Counted from the first letter of the stretch, positions 23,892 through 35,431 are shown. The stretch: 64,000 nt of DNA from a virus (IMGVR_UViG_3300043754_000129:259679-323678), one strand, 5' to 3'. A program made the numbers and translations. The notes: generated from the sequence alone by a model not told the origin.

Positions 23892-26213
23892 TTAGGTCGT
23901 CTTAGTGACCGACACTTTCATCGATTGAAGTCCGGCCGCGGTCCACGCAGCACCCGTATTCGGATCAGTCGTCTGAATCAACTGACTGTATCCGGTTTGG
24001 AAACCTGTGCCCGCACCTTGCGAGCCCTGGACACTCTTCGTGCCACTCACCACCCCTACCGCGCCGTTAGCACCCGCGCCCGAGTACTTTGCAAAGTAGC
24101 CTTCCACGATCACAGCCTGCACCCGGTAGTTGGCCGGGATAGTCGGGTTCGTATTGAAGACGTCCGTCTGCCCTTGCGTGGCACTGTAGATCGAGCCTTC
24201 CGAATTGGAAAGCGTGGTGTTCACAATACTTGCATGCGAGCCCGCATTGGACGTCGAGAACTGCGTACTCGAATCGCCATTGAGCGGATCAGGGATGATG
24301 TTAATCGTTCCCTGCTGCCCGTACGCACCTGTCGGGTCGTTCGTCATGTTGGTCGTGTACATATCGTCCACAACCGTGAACTGACCGTTACGCGGCAGGT
24401 TCAGGTAGAGACCCGTGACACCCGTGTCCCCGGAAGGCGCGAGCTGCACTGGACTGCCCCCATTGAGCGGGCCAATGATCGACGTGTCAATCGCCCACTG
24501 CACCGTGAACTGATTGGGCTGCCCCGCCACCGAGGTGAAGATCAGTTCGTAGTAGTGAGTCAGCCCGGAAGCGATCGGCACGTTCTGTGCGCTACCCTGC
24601 GCAGTGGCCGAACCACTCCCTGGTGCCAGGTATGCCGAAACCGGCCGGTAGGTGTTGTTCCCGCTACCTGCCACCGCCCCCGGCATGATGCCTGCCCCCA
24701 CGCTTTGACCAGTGGCGTTGTTCCACGGCACGAAGCTACCGTTGGATTGCGTGCCACCGTAGACACCCAGAAGCGATGCAGTGCCTGCGACCGTTTGCTC
24801 GGTGTAGTCCGGGTAGTACAGTGGCGTCCACGCAATACCGTCAGGTGAGACCGCAAGCACGGCGTTACTCAGACAGCCCGTCAAGACAAAGCGCAGGCCA
24901 TCCCAGAACACCCCGGTGAAGGTGGAACCGCCCGATCCCGACCACAAGAAGCGATCGGACTTCGACCACGTGGCCCCGTCCTTCGAAGTCCACAGACAAC
25001 CGTTACCCGTGAGAGGGTCACTACCAACGGCCACCGCGATGGAGCCATTACAGTCCACCGAAGTCACCACGCCGGCGCCCACATTGAGCGGCTGTGCCCA
25101 CACACCCGTAGTCGGACACTGGATACTGCTCGGCGTGCCCGGATTGGCGATGGTGTAAATGCCGCCGTAACCCACCGAGATCCACACGTTACCACCCGCG
25201 AAGTAGCAGATGTCCAACTGCGTGGCCGGGATCGTCGAGCTATACAGCTGTTGCAACGACGTAATCGGCGTCATCGCCCATTGCGTGGTCTTCGCCTGCT
25301 GGGCATACGGCATCGCCTCACCGGACGTGGGCGAGAAGCCCGTCAAGCAGGCCCAGCCCGACTTGGTGCGACCGATCGAGTACCATTGCCGATTCGACGT
25401 GTTCGTGACGGCCGTCGTGCCCGAGTAGTACGTTGCGCCCCAGACCGTGTAGCCGGAACCCACAGCCGGAACAAAGCCCGGAATCAGCACCCAGCCGTTT
25501 GCATTGGTCGGCGGATAGGCAAAGAACTCATAGCCGCTCGGCGCGCCAGGCAAAGGCGTAATCGCTCCCACGCCGATGTACGAGTTCCAGTTCGTGGTGT
25601 TCAACATGACGGTCCACGACACGCCACCGTTGGTCGAGCCATAGCCCGCCATCACGAACTGACCCGTACCGATACCCGTGTTGTTCTGAAACACCACGAT
25701 GGCAGCATTCGCCCCCGAGCCATACACTGCAATGCTCGAATACGGCGAGATGGCAGCAGGCTGGGCCTGGGTGAGGGTCCAGTTCTGCAAATCGGTGGAA
25801 TGCACCACCACACCCGTCGTGCCGTTCAAGACTGCCACAGCCCAGTAGGTGCCCGCACCATCGTACTGAATCTGGTTACAGTAGTACGGGGCGACTTCCA
25901 ACTGACTCACTTTGTTAAATGTAGCGGCCACGCCCACTGCGAAACCACCGCTTTGCCACGCGGCGTACACACTCTGATTGAGCGCATTCATTCCGAAGTC
26001 AGGCGCGTTCGCCGTTGCCATCGGCAACGCCGCGCTGTTCGAGTACGGACCCTTCAACATCAGGCCCGTGCCAGGAACACCAGTGCGCGACGGAACGCCG
26101 ACTACCGTATTGCCGTTGATGGTGATGGACTGTGACGTCATCCATCCCTTCGCGGCAGTCAGGTCGCTTTGATCGAATGTTGCCTCAAAGCCTTCCGCCA
26201 TCACTAAAGACAT
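23892..26213 (-). CDS. Virion fibre/adhesin paralog 6 (split beta-sandwich with Asp-box propeller insert)
   Basis: AEGFE N-terminus, Asp-boxes (STDLQNW, SKDGATW, SPDGIAW), NLPRNG..VVDD, DPNTGAAWT C-terminus. Confidence 0.8.
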   Translation of the reverse strand: MSLVMAEGFEATFDQSDLTAAKGWMTSQSITINGNTVVGVPSRTGVPGTGLMLKGPYSNSAALPMATANAPDFGMNALNQSVYAAWQSGGFAVGVAATFNKVSQLEVAPYYCNQIQYDGAGTYWAVAVLNGTTGVVVHSTDLQNWTLTQAQPAAISPYSSIAVYGSGANAAIVVFQNNTGIGTGQFVMAGYGSTNGGVSWTVMLNTTNWNSYIGVGAITPLPGAPSGYEFFAYPPTNANGWVLIPGFVPAVGSGYTVWGATYYSGTTAVTNTSNRQWYSIGRTKSGWACLTGFSPTSGEAMPYAQQAKTTQWAMTPITSLQQLYSSTIPATQLDICYFAGGNVWISVGYGGIYTIANPGTPSSIQCPTTGVWAQPLNVGAGVVTSVDCNGSIAVAVGSDPLTGNGCLWTSKDGATWSKSDRFLWSGSGGSTFTGVFWDGLRFVLTGCLSNAVLAVSPDGIAWTPLYYPDYTEQTVAGTASLLGVYGGTQSNGSFVPWNNATGQSVGAGIMPGAVAGSGNNTYRPVSAYLAPGSGSATAQGSAQNVPIASGLTHYYELIFTSVAGQPNQFTVQWAIDTSIIGPLNGGSPVQLAPSGDTGVTGLYLNLPRNGQFTVVDDMYTTNMTNDPTGAYGQQGTINIIPDPLNGDSSTQFSTSNAGSHASIVNTTLSNSEGSIYSATQGQTDVFNTNPTIPANYRVQAVIVEGYFAKYSGAGANGAVGVVSGTKSVQGSQGAGTGFQTGYSQLIQTTDPNTGAAWTAAGLQSMKVSVTKTT

Positions 26214-26222
26214 ACGTACCTC

Positions 26223-28535
26223 TTAGTTGATCTTGTTCGCCACCACATTCAAGGCGTTCAAGCCCGCTGCGGTCCAGGCCGCGCCAGTGTTCGGGTCGAC
26301 CTGCGAGAGCGCAGCCGAGAAGAGTGGCGTCGCACTGTTGGCAGCCACTGTGTTACCCGCGACCACCTGACCGTTGCTGCTCATCTGAATCTGGCAGTTC
26401 GCACCGATCGGACCGTAAGCGGCGAAGAAGCCTTCGACCTGCACGGCATTGATCTTGTAACTTGCCGGCACGGTGTTGCTCGTGCTGTAGGTGTCCTTCA
26501 CCCCCGGCGTGCTGGAGTACACGTAACCCTCGGAGTTCGAGAGCGGCGTATTCACCGTCTTCGCATTGGTGTTGCCATTGATGCTGTTGGTGAGTTGATC
26601 GCTCACGTCGCCCGCAAGAGCCAGCGGCATCACGACTTGGGGGCCCAGTTGACCCACACCGATCGTCCCGGCGAAGTTCGTGAGATAGATGTCGTCGATC
26701 ATCACGAAGTTACCAGTCTGCGGCAAGTTGAACAGCAGGCGCGAAGCACCCGTCGTGTCCGTGGTGGCCGCGAACTGCGCCGTTTGCGTACCCGGCAGGA
26801 CCACGCCGTTGATGGCGTACTGCACCGTGAACTGGTTCGTCGTACCCGGGACCGCGGTTGCGATGATCTCGTAGTAGTTCGTCAGATTACCCGTACACGG
26901 GATGTTCTGCGCAGCATTGGCTACGTTGGTCAGCGTCATGCCGGTCGTGGCGCCCGCGAGCGCAATCCCCTGCACCGTACGCGTGATCACGTTCAGACCT
27001 TGGGTCGCTGCACCCACCGTGAAGCCCAGGCCCGAAGCGAAGCCTGCGGTTGTGGCCGTGCTCCACGGCACGAACGAACCCGCATTCGACGTCGACGAGG
27101 TCGTGTCCAGATACGTACCAGCGGTCAGCGTACCCGAGTAGACGCCCGCCACGTTACCACTGGTCGTGCCGGCGGCTTCCGTGTAGTCCGGGTAGTAGAG
27201 CGCGTTCCACGCAATGCCGTCGGTCGACACCGCGATCACGTTGTTGTTCAAACCACCCGTGAGCACGAAGCGGTGACCGTCCCAGAAGACGTTCGTGAAC
27301 GTGTTGTTCTGCACGGCGCTCGGCTCTTGGAAGAGGAAGCGATCCACCTTCGTCCAACTCGTACCGTTGTTCGTGTAGTAGATGGCCGAGGCATTCGTCA
27401 CGGCATCGTGACCCACAGCAACCGCCACCGTACCTGCCGTATTCACATCGCAGCTGAACACCGCAGCGCTCGCTACCTGCACCACGTTCGACCAAGCGGC
27501 CGTCGGTCCGAGCACGTTACCGACCGTCCCCGATTGCGTGGCGATATAGATACCACCGTAACCCACCGCCACCCAGTAGCCGTTGATGTAGGTCATGTCG
27601 GCAATCTGGAAGCCCGGCAGTGAGCTGCCCGCCGTCCAGTTCGCGGCGGTCGCGATCCCCGAGTTGTTCGCCTGAATCCACGAGAAGTACGTGTTGACGG
27701 CGCCGTTGATGGTGGTCAGGGCCGTACCTGTCGTCCCCCAAGTCATCACGACGCCATTGACGAGCTTCGCAGCACCTGTTGAGTTCGCACCCGTGGCGAC
27801 CAGCTGCGTCGCACTGATGGCCGTGAATGCCAGCGCGCTCGAGAGCAAGCCTACGCCCAGACCCGTGCCGCTCGAATACGGCAGGATGAAGGGTGCAGCA
27901 CTGTTGCCCGTGGCGATCAAGTACTTCGGGTTGGTGATGGCGGCCGAAGTCGTCCACGTCAGACCCATATTGGTCGTGTAGTAGATGGCATTGGCCAAGC
28001 TGTTCATGCTGTTCGACACGATCACCGTCGCGCTCGAACCCGAACCCGAGATCGTGATGGTCGACTGTTGGGCGATGTTGGTGGGCTGCGTCGGGCACTG
28101 AATCCAGTTCTGGAGATCCGACGAATAGCACACCACGTAGGTCGCAGCATTCAGACAGATCGCCCAGTAATACGTGCTGCCATCGTAACGAATCTGCTGC
28201 GGGTTGCTCGGCGCCACTTGCAGCTGAATCGTCTTGTTGAACGTGGCATTGAAGCCGATGGAGAAACCACCCGCTTGCCAGAGCGAATAGATCGACTGGC
28301 CCAGATCCTTCAAACCGAAGTCCGGGTTACCCGAGTTCGGTGCGTAGGTGAGCGAGGCCGTCGTGTACGGACCACGCAGCATCAGCCCGATGGTGTTGGC
28401 CACGCCGTTACGTGCGGGCAGCGGCAGTACGTTCTGACCGCTCAAGCTCGCAGTCTGGTCGAGATCCCAGCCGCGGTAAACCACATCGGTTTCATCCGCG
28501 CACGTCTCGAACCCTTCGAAATACAAAACAGACAT
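26223..28535 (-). CDS. Virion fibre/adhesin paralog 5
   Basis: FEGFE start, SSDLQNW, TNNGTSW, STDGIAW, DPNTGAAWTAAGL. Confidence 0.8.
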   Translation of the reverse strand: MSVLYFEGFETCADETDVVYRGWDLDQTASLSGQNVLPLPARNGVANTIGLMLRGPYTTASLTYAPNSGNPDFGLKDLGQSIYSLWQAGGFSIGFNATFNKTIQLQVAPSNPQQIRYDGSTYYWAICLNAATYVVCYSSDLQNWIQCPTQPTNIAQQSTITISGSGSSATVIVSNSMNSLANAIYYTTNMGLTWTTSAAITNPKYLIATGNSAAPFILPYSSGTGLGVGLLSSALAFTAISATQLVATGANSTGAAKLVNGVVMTWGTTGTALTTINGAVNTYFSWIQANNSGIATAANWTAGSSLPGFQIADMTYINGYWVAVGYGGIYIATQSGTVGNVLGPTAAWSNVVQVASAAVFSCDVNTAGTVAVAVGHDAVTNASAIYYTNNGTSWTKVDRFLFQEPSAVQNNTFTNVFWDGHRFVLTGGLNNNVIAVSTDGIAWNALYYPDYTEAAGTTSGNVAGVYSGTLTAGTYLDTTSSTSNAGSFVPWSTATTAGFASGLGFTVGAATQGLNVITRTVQGIALAGATTGMTLTNVANAAQNIPCTGNLTNYYEIIATAVPGTTNQFTVQYAINGVVLPGTQTAQFAATTDTTGASRLLFNLPQTGNFVMIDDIYLTNFAGTIGVGQLGPQVVMPLALAGDVSDQLTNSINGNTNAKTVNTPLSNSEGYVYSSTPGVKDTYSTSNTVPASYKINAVQVEGFFAAYGPIGANCQIQMSSNGQVVAGNTVAANSATPLFSAALSQVDPNTGAAWTAAGLNALNVVANKIN

Positions 28536-28547
28536 GTTGATCTCACT

Positions 28548-30821
28548 TTAAGAAGTCTTTGCGACGACGATATCCACAGCATTTAAGCCAGAATTCGTCC
28601 AAGGCGCATTGGTGTTCGGATCAAGCTCGACAAGTGCGATTGCACGCGTGGGCGCCCCCGAGGTTGTGAGGCTCGTGCCCAGCGATTGCTTGCCATTGCT
28701 TTGCACGCCAATCTGCCCCGTGGAAGGCGAAGACCCGTTGTAGGTCGCCAGAAACCCTTCCATCTGCACCGCGTTGATACTCACCCCAGAAGACGGCACT
28801 GCGTTTGTCGTCCCATAGATGTCTTGCGCGGTGGTGGCAGTCGAATACACATACCCTTCCGCGTTGGAGAGCTCGGCGTTGACCGTGTTGGAGTTGGTCG
28901 CGCCATTGTTACTCGTGGTCAGCTGATCGCTCACATCCGAGCTTGCAATGATCGGGTAGATGCGCTGCGTGCCCAGTCGACCATTGTGATACGCCCCCGA
29001 GAAGTTCGTCAGGTAGATGTCGTCCACCTGGGTGAAACAGCCCGAGCGCGGCAGATTCAGGAAGGCCTGAGAAGCACCCGTCGTATCGGTGGTAGCCGCC
29101 ATCTGCAACTGACCCACCAGTGTCCCCACACTCACGCCATCGATCAGCGCGACGACGTTAAAGAGGTTAGGCGTACCCGCTACAGCCGTGAACACCAACT
29201 CGTAGTAATGCGAGAGCGTGGCAGGAGGCTGTGCACCCAACGCAGCCGCGACGGCCGAAACACTCAGACTCGAGCCATTCACCAAGGCATTCGCTGTGAC
29301 AGCGGCAGCGGTGACAGTGCGCGCCCCACCCGACGACGTCGAGCACGTGAAGCCTGCCCCCGAGCTATTGCCAGCCGCTGTGCCCCACGGCGTAAAGATC
29401 CCGGTCGACGGACTCTGCGTACCAGTGAACACACCCAGGAACGCCATGCTGGTTGTACCGGTTGAGGCTTCAGCATAATCCGTCGCACTGATGACGTACC
29501 ACGAAATCCCATCCGTGGAAGTCGCCACCACGTTACTGTTCAGACCACCCGTGGCAATGAAGCGTGTTCCATCCCACGTCACACTGGTGAGGACTGCACT
29601 GGACGTTGCCGCAGCACCGTTGAAGATAAACCGGTTAGCCTTCGTCCAGGTCGTTCCGTTCGTGCTCGTCCAGATGGCGCCACTGCCGGCCACGCTGGGA
29701 TCAGTGCCGACGGCGACCGCAACGGTGCCATTGGTGGCGATCGCAGAGACCACGTTCGTGCTACTGCTCGCAAAACCCGTACCCAGTGTCCATGCGGATG
29801 CAGCCGTGTTGCTGTTGTACCAGAGCCCGCCATACCCCACGCCAATGACGTAGCCATTGAAGTAGATCAGATCGTTAAGCATCTGGGGGCTGGCCGCCAA
29901 CTGAATCCAGTTGCCCACAAGCGACGGATTGTTCGACGCCAGACAGGTCGTGACCTGCGAGACGTTCCCCGTGACTGGGAAGTTACCACCAGCCGACGTC
30001 TTCGAACCCGCGAGCATGATCAGGCCATTGGACTGCTTACCGATGGCGTAGATGAAGTTCGAGGGCGCCACCACGATTACTGGTGACGAGGCCACCAGAG
30101 TCTGCGAACCACTGACCGACGTGTAGAAGTAGAGCTTGTAGCCCACCGTGTTGACCCATGCCAGACCCACGAATGGAGCATTCGCGTTGGTGGTCGGAAT
30201 GACCGTACCCCAGTTGGCATTGACCTGATTCATGGCTGCCCAGGTACCGCCCATATTCGTCGAGTAGTACGTCTGGGAACCGGTCGAGAGCGACGCGGTG
30301 TTGTTCACCAAGATGGTCGCGCTGCTACCACTACCAGTCACACAGATCGAGGACGTGATGTTGATGGTTGCAGGTTGAGCCGTCGTCTGGGTCCAGTTCT
30401 TCAGATCGGTCGAGTACGCCACGACATAGGCGCTCCCAGTGTAACAGATGGCCCAGTAATTGGTCGCCCCGTCATAGACGAGCTGTCCCACATCACCGGG
30501 TGCTACCTGAAACGTGTTCAGGCTATTGAAGCTCGCGTTGATGCCGACTGCGAAGCCCCCTGCTTGCCACAGAGAGTACACGCTCTGATTGAGCGAGATC
30601 AACCCGAAGTCGGAGACCGCTGCTGAGTTACACGGCTGACCCGTGTTACCGCCATAGGGACCGCGCAAGAAGAGGCCGATGCCCGCGACACCCGTGCGAG
30701 AGGGGATCGGGATCACGCCCGCCCCCGACTGCGCTGCCGTGGTGCAGGTGAGCAGGCCCTTCTTGTTGACGTCCGTCTGGTCGGCTGAGGTTTCGAAACC
30801 TTCTACAAACAAAACCGACAT
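28548..30821 (-). CDS. Virion fibre/adhesin paralog 4
   Basis: VEGFE start, STDLKNW, STNGTTW, STDGISW, DPNTNAPWT. Confidence 0.8.
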   Translation of the reverse strand: MSVLFVEGFETSADQTDVNKKGLLTCTTAAQSGAGVIPIPSRTGVAGIGLFLRGPYGGNTGQPCNSAAVSDFGLISLNQSVYSLWQAGGFAVGINASFNSLNTFQVAPGDVGQLVYDGATNYWAICYTGSAYVVAYSTDLKNWTQTTAQPATINITSSICVTGSGSSATILVNNTASLSTGSQTYYSTNMGGTWAAMNQVNANWGTVIPTTNANAPFVGLAWVNTVGYKLYFYTSVSGSQTLVASSPVIVVAPSNFIYAIGKQSNGLIMLAGSKTSAGGNFPVTGNVSQVTTCLASNNPSLVGNWIQLAASPQMLNDLIYFNGYVIGVGYGGLWYNSNTAASAWTLGTGFASSSTNVVSAIATNGTVAVAVGTDPSVAGSGAIWTSTNGTTWTKANRFIFNGAAATSSAVLTSVTWDGTRFIATGGLNSNVVATSTDGISWYVISATDYAEASTGTTSMAFLGVFTGTQSPSTGIFTPWGTAAGNSSGAGFTCSTSSGGARTVTAAAVTANALVNGSSLSVSAVAAALGAQPPATLSHYYELVFTAVAGTPNLFNVVALIDGVSVGTLVGQLQMAATTDTTGASQAFLNLPRSGCFTQVDDIYLTNFSGAYHNGRLGTQRIYPIIASSDVSDQLTTSNNGATNSNTVNAELSNAEGYVYSTATTAQDIYGTTNAVPSSGVSINAVQMEGFLATYNGSSPSTGQIGVQSNGKQSLGTSLTTSGAPTRAIALVELDPNTNAPWTNSGLNAVDIVVAKTS

Positions 30822-30833
30822 GTTGATTCCTCT

Positions 30834-33098
30834 TTAAGAAGTCTTGCCCACCACGAGGTCCAGAGCAGCGGCAGCTGCGAGTGTCCAAGGCAGACCCGTA
30901 TTCGGATCCAATTCCACCAGGGCAATCGCGCGTGTTGGCGAGTTGTTCGTGGTGACGATACTACCCACCGCCTGATGGCCATTGCTTTGCAGCCCCACCT
31001 GGCCCTTGGACGACGTACCCGTACCATACGAGGAAAGGAACCCCTCCACCTGTACCGCGTTCACAGACGCGCCGCTCGATGGGGCACTCGACGTGATCCC
31101 GTAGATGTCTTGCACCACACCCGAAGTAGCGTAGACGTAGCCTTCGGAGTTCGACAGCGCTCCAGCCACTGCCGCATTGTTCGCACCACTCGAGGCCGTC
31201 AACTGATCCTGCACATCGGAACTCGCCACAGCCGGGTAGATATGCTGCGTCCCCAATCGGCTGTTGTGATACGTACCTTGGGCATTGGTCAGATAGATGT
31301 CATCGATGACCGTGAAGTTCCCGTTACGTGGCAGGTTAAAGAACAGCTGACTCAGGCCCGTGTCCGTAGGCGCGGCCAGCTGATAGTTCCCCATGTAACC
31401 CAGCACGGTGTTATCGATCACGGCTTGCACCGCAAACATGTTCGGCTGACCCGGCACGGGCGTGAACACCAACTCGTAGTAGTGCGAGAGGGTTGCCGGT
31501 GGCTGTTGACCACTGGTGGAGCCCACCGCAGAAACCGACGCACTCAGCGCGCTGTTGGCGATCGCCCCGGCGGTGACCGTAGTGGCCGTGACCGTGCGTG
31601 CACTGCTCGCTACAGCGGCTGCGGTAAAGCCCACAGCAGCCACGTTACCCGCGGCTACGCCCCATGGGGTGAACAGACCCGTCGCCGGATTTTGCGTGCC
31701 TGAGAACACACCCAGCAACGACATGCTGGCCGTCCCGGTTTGTTCGACATACTCCGGTGCATACAACACAGACCAACTGATACCGTCCGTGGAAGTCGCG
31801 ATGAAGTTGTTGTTCAAACCACCGGTCAAGATAAAGCGCGTGCCATCATAGATCACGCCCGGCAGCCAGCTACCGTTGGTGATGTTTGGCGAGTCAAGCA
31901 GAAAGCGATTGGCCTTGGTCCACGTCACGCCATCAGTCGACGTATAGATCCCGCCGGTCGATGTGGGATTAATCGAGTCCTGCCCTGCCGCCACCAGGAT
32001 CGTGCCATTCGTGGCGAGCGAGGACATGATGTACGTCCCCAACGAAAGCGACTGCGTCCAGGGACCAGCCGGTCCTTGTACCGCACCTGGCGTACCCAAC
32101 TGGGGCGAACTCCACACGCCACCCTGACCCGCCACGAACCACTTGTTATTGAAGAACGTGACGTCCGCCATCTGACCTGTGACCGACGTGATCGCCGACC
32201 AGTTCGCAGGCGTTGCCGGATTGTTGACGCTCAGACAGGAACTGAAGTACGACGTACCCGTCGTCGGATAGGTCGGGTTGCTCGGGGTGTTCGTCCCCAT
32301 GATGATGATAACGCCATTGACCAACTTGATCATGGAGTTACCATACGACACACCCGTCACCAACATCGGCGAGGTGAGTGCAGCACCCGCTGCCGAAGCC
32401 AGCGACGTGAACGGGAAGACCTTCCAGCCTGCGTTATACGACACCGAGATGTACGGCGTCGTGGCGTTACCCGTGTAGGCGTACGCGAAGTTGGAGTTTG
32501 TCACCGCCTGCGCAAACGCCGTCCAGGTACTCCCGAAATTCGTCGAGTAGTACGACAGCTCCGTCACGGAGCACGCCGAGCTACTGACAATGATCGTCGC
32601 GGACGAACCCGACCCCACCACCTGAATGCTGGAGTTCACCCCCACAAAGCCAGGCGCTGTTACCGGCGTCCAGTTCTTCAGGTCCGGGGAATACGCGACC
32701 CCATACGCCGTGCCGTTGTACGTGATGGCCCAGTAGTACTGAGCCCCATCGTAGACCATCTGACGCGGATAGGTCGAGGCAACCTGCAAGTAGTTCAAGC
32801 TATTGAAGCTTGCACACACGCCAATCGCAAACCCGCCCGCATTCCACAAGGCGTTCACCGACTGACCCAGATTGATCAGACCGAAGTCAGGTGTGCCGGT
32901 TGCACTACAGGGCAGGGCCGTGGCGTTGCTATAGGGACCACGCAACATCAGACCCGTGCCGGCGGCACCACTGCGACTCGGCAGTGGCAAGACACCCACC
33001 CCAGACAGAGCGCTCGAGGCGGCGGTGAGTAGACCTCGAGCATACACGTCCGGTTGATCGGCCGAGGTCTCGAAGCCTTCGCAAAATACAACACTCAT
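30834..33098 (-). CDS. Virion fibre/adhesin paralog 3
   Basis: CEGFE start, SPDLKNW, STDGVTW, STDGISW, DPNTGLPWT. Confidence 0.8.
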   Translation of the reverse strand: MSVVFCEGFETSADQPDVYARGLLTAASSALSGVGVLPLPSRSGAAGTGLMLRGPYSNATALPCSATGTPDFGLINLGQSVNALWNAGGFAIGVCASFNSLNYLQVASTYPRQMVYDGAQYYWAITYNGTAYGVAYSPDLKNWTPVTAPGFVGVNSSIQVVGSGSSATIIVSSSACSVTELSYYSTNFGSTWTAFAQAVTNSNFAYAYTGNATTPYISVSYNAGWKVFPFTSLASAAGAALTSPMLVTGVSYGNSMIKLVNGVIIIMGTNTPSNPTYPTTGTSYFSSCLSVNNPATPANWSAITSVTGQMADVTFFNNKWFVAGQGGVWSSPQLGTPGAVQGPAGPWTQSLSLGTYIMSSLATNGTILVAAGQDSINPTSTGGIYTSTDGVTWTKANRFLLDSPNITNGSWLPGVIYDGTRFILTGGLNNNFIATSTDGISWSVLYAPEYVEQTGTASMSLLGVFSGTQNPATGLFTPWGVAAGNVAAVGFTAAAVASSARTVTATTVTAGAIANSALSASVSAVGSTSGQQPPATLSHYYELVFTPVPGQPNMFAVQAVIDNTVLGYMGNYQLAAPTDTGLSQLFFNLPRNGNFTVIDDIYLTNAQGTYHNSRLGTQHIYPAVASSDVQDQLTASSGANNAAVAGALSNSEGYVYATSGVVQDIYGITSSAPSSGASVNAVQVEGFLSSYGTGTSSKGQVGLQSNGHQAVGSIVTTNNSPTRAIALVELDPNTGLPWTLAAAAALDLVVGKTS

Positions 33099-33106
33099 AC
33101 TGACCT

Positions 33107-35431
33107 CTAATTGGTTTTCGTGATCGTCAGTTCCAGCGCATTCAGGCCCGCGGCCGTGAACGCAGCATTGGTGTTCGGATCGGTTTCCATGAAGAGAGAC
33201 GCGCGACTATAGAGTCCCGCAGTGGGCGTGACCGAGTTACTCTGCTTTGACGCGGAGCCACTCACTACCCCCACCGTACCAGCAGGAGCCGGACCTGGAC
33301 CCTGTGCGCCCATCGCAGCATCAACTTGCAGTGCCCGCACATTGAACGTAGCCGGAACCGTGTTCGTCGTGTGATAGGTGTCTGCCTTGTTCTTCGTCGT
33401 GGCGTAGAGATAGTTCTCCGCATTGCCGAGCTCTGTCGCCACCGTCTGCGCATTCGTGAGCGTGCCACTGGTGTTGGAGAACCCAGGCGTACCGACCACC
33501 GTGGACGGATCAACAGCGAAGACACTCTGTGGTCCCAACCGTCCCACGTTATTCGCCCCGTTCATCGTGGTCAAGTAAATATCATCGATCACGTTGTAGT
33601 TGCCGTTTCGCGGTAAGTTAAAGAACAACTGCGTCACCCCCGTTGTATCGGCGGTTGGTGCGAGCTGCCACGGTCCGCCACTAAACGTCTCTACCGTCCC
33701 ATTGATCGCCCACTGCGCCGTGAACGCGTTGTTGGTCGCCGTCGGCGTGAAGATCAGTTCGTAGTAATTCGTGAGGGCTGTACCCGGTTGTTGACCGAGC
33801 GGGATTGCAGGGCACGGCAGCGTGATGTACTGCTGTGCGGCGTACTGCGCATTGGCATAACTGGCCCCCAGACCAATCTGACGCGTGGCACCAGAACCAG
33901 CAAACGCAACCAGTCCCAGCCCGTTGACATACGAAGCAGTAGACGCTGCGTTCCACGGTGTGAAGATGTTCGTGATTGGATTAACCGAGCCGAAGAACAC
34001 CCCTGCCATCCCTTGGGTGGCGGTACCCGCTTGCTCGGGATAATCCGTCACGTACTTGGTTTCCCAGGCCTTACCGTCAGGCGACACGACCACCATGCCG
34101 TTGTTCTCGCCACCTGTCATGACAAATTGCGCGCCGTCCCAGATCACATTGGTGAAGGTCGTCGTGGGCGCCATACCCGAGCTGCTGCCCGAATAGAAGA
34201 ACTGGTTCTGCTTCGTCCAGTTAATGCCATCCGTTGAGAGGTAGATCGCGCCAATCGACGGCGTTGCGTAGTCCTGTCCTGCCGCGATCAGAATCGAACC
34301 GTTGCTTGCCAGTGAGTAAATGCCCCACGTGTTGAAGGCACCTGCACCCTTGGCGTTCGTACTGTAGAAGCTCGGCGAGGGATTCCATTGTGTCGGATTC
34401 GCGAGTGGCGTGTAGTACACCCCACCGACACCGGCGACAACGATGTTGTTGTTAAAGATGATCACGTCACTGATCTGTCCCGGCAATGCATAACCGGTCG
34501 ACTTCCAGTTGGCGGCCACCGTCACGTCCGAGCCCACAGGACAGAAGGACACACCGTTGTTGGGATAGCCACCATTCAGGTTCGGCGTCACACCCCCGGC
34601 ACCCGAATAGCCCACGGCGAAGAAGTACTTCCCGTCACACTTACAGAAGCCCGCGTCATACGTCGCGTTGGGGATCGTGTTCACCGTGGTGAGGGGCACT
34701 ACCGCAGCCGTCATCGTGGGTGCAGTCACCGGGCAGATCGTGAGTGCCGTACCACTGATCTGGATGCTCAGGTAGGCGGCGTTCCCGTTGCCCGGCGGCA
34801 CCACGCAGGGTGCGCGGTAGTTACCCGAGCTATTCGTGGCGTTCCACGTCATGCCCATGTTGGTGGAGTAGACCGCAGCGGCGCCCGAATACGTCCCCGT
34901 GTTACCGACGATGATGGTCGCATTGATGCCCGAACCCACCACCGAGATCTGGCTGCCCTGATTGATACCCGGTGTGCTGAGCGGGATGTTCCAGTTTTGC
35001 AAGTCGCTGGAGTACGCAATGCCCCAGGCACCCGAGCTACTGTTCCGAGTGATCGCCCAGTAGTTGACTGCGCCGTCGTAGGCGAGCTGACACGCCCCAC
35101 CCGGTGCGATTTCCAGAAACTGCTGCGCGTTAAACGCCGCGCTAAAACCCACGACGAACCCACCTGCTTGCCAGAGTGCATTGATGCTCTGGCCCATGGG
35201 GATCAACCCGAAGTCCGTCCAGTTGGCGCCTGCCATCGGCTGCTGTGCCGTGAGTGTACTGTACGGACCGCGCAGATACAGCGCCTTACCAGGGTAGCCC
35301 GTGCGAGACGGGATCGCCTGGCTACACACGGAACCCAACGTGGGCGCCGCGTTTTGAATCAAGAGGCCTCGATTGATCAGGTCCATCTGGTCCAGAATCG
35401 CTTCGAAGCCTTCAGTGAAAAGTGCAGTCAT
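33107..35431 (-). CDS. Virion fibre/adhesin paralog 2
   Basis: TEGFE start, SSDLQNW, STDGINW, SPDGKAW, DPNTNAAFT. Confidence 0.8.
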   Translation of the reverse strand: MTALFTEGFEAILDQMDLINRGLLIQNAAPTLGSVCSQAIPSRTGYPGKALYLRGPYSTLTAQQPMAGANWTDFGLIPMGQSINALWQAGGFVVGFSAAFNAQQFLEIAPGGACQLAYDGAVNYWAITRNSSSGAWGIAYSSDLQNWNIPLSTPGINQGSQISVVGSGINATIIVGNTGTYSGAAAVYSTNMGMTWNATNSSGNYRAPCVVPPGNGNAAYLSIQISGTALTICPVTAPTMTAAVVPLTTVNTIPNATYDAGFCKCDGKYFFAVGYSGAGGVTPNLNGGYPNNGVSFCPVGSDVTVAANWKSTGYALPGQISDVIIFNNNIVVAGVGGVYYTPLANPTQWNPSPSFYSTNAKGAGAFNTWGIYSLASNGSILIAAGQDYATPSIGAIYLSTDGINWTKQNQFFYSGSSSGMAPTTTFTNVIWDGAQFVMTGGENNGMVVVSPDGKAWETKYVTDYPEQAGTATQGMAGVFFGSVNPITNIFTPWNAASTASYVNGLGLVAFAGSGATRQIGLGASYANAQYAAQQYITLPCPAIPLGQQPGTALTNYYELIFTPTATNNAFTAQWAINGTVETFSGGPWQLAPTADTTGVTQLFFNLPRNGNYNVIDDIYLTTMNGANNVGRLGPQSVFAVDPSTVVGTPGFSNTSGTLTNAQTVATELGNAENYLYATTKNKADTYHTTNTVPATFNVRALQVDAAMGAQGPGPAPAGTVGVVSGSASKQSNSVTPTAGLYSRASLFMETDPNTNAAFTAAGLNALELTITKTN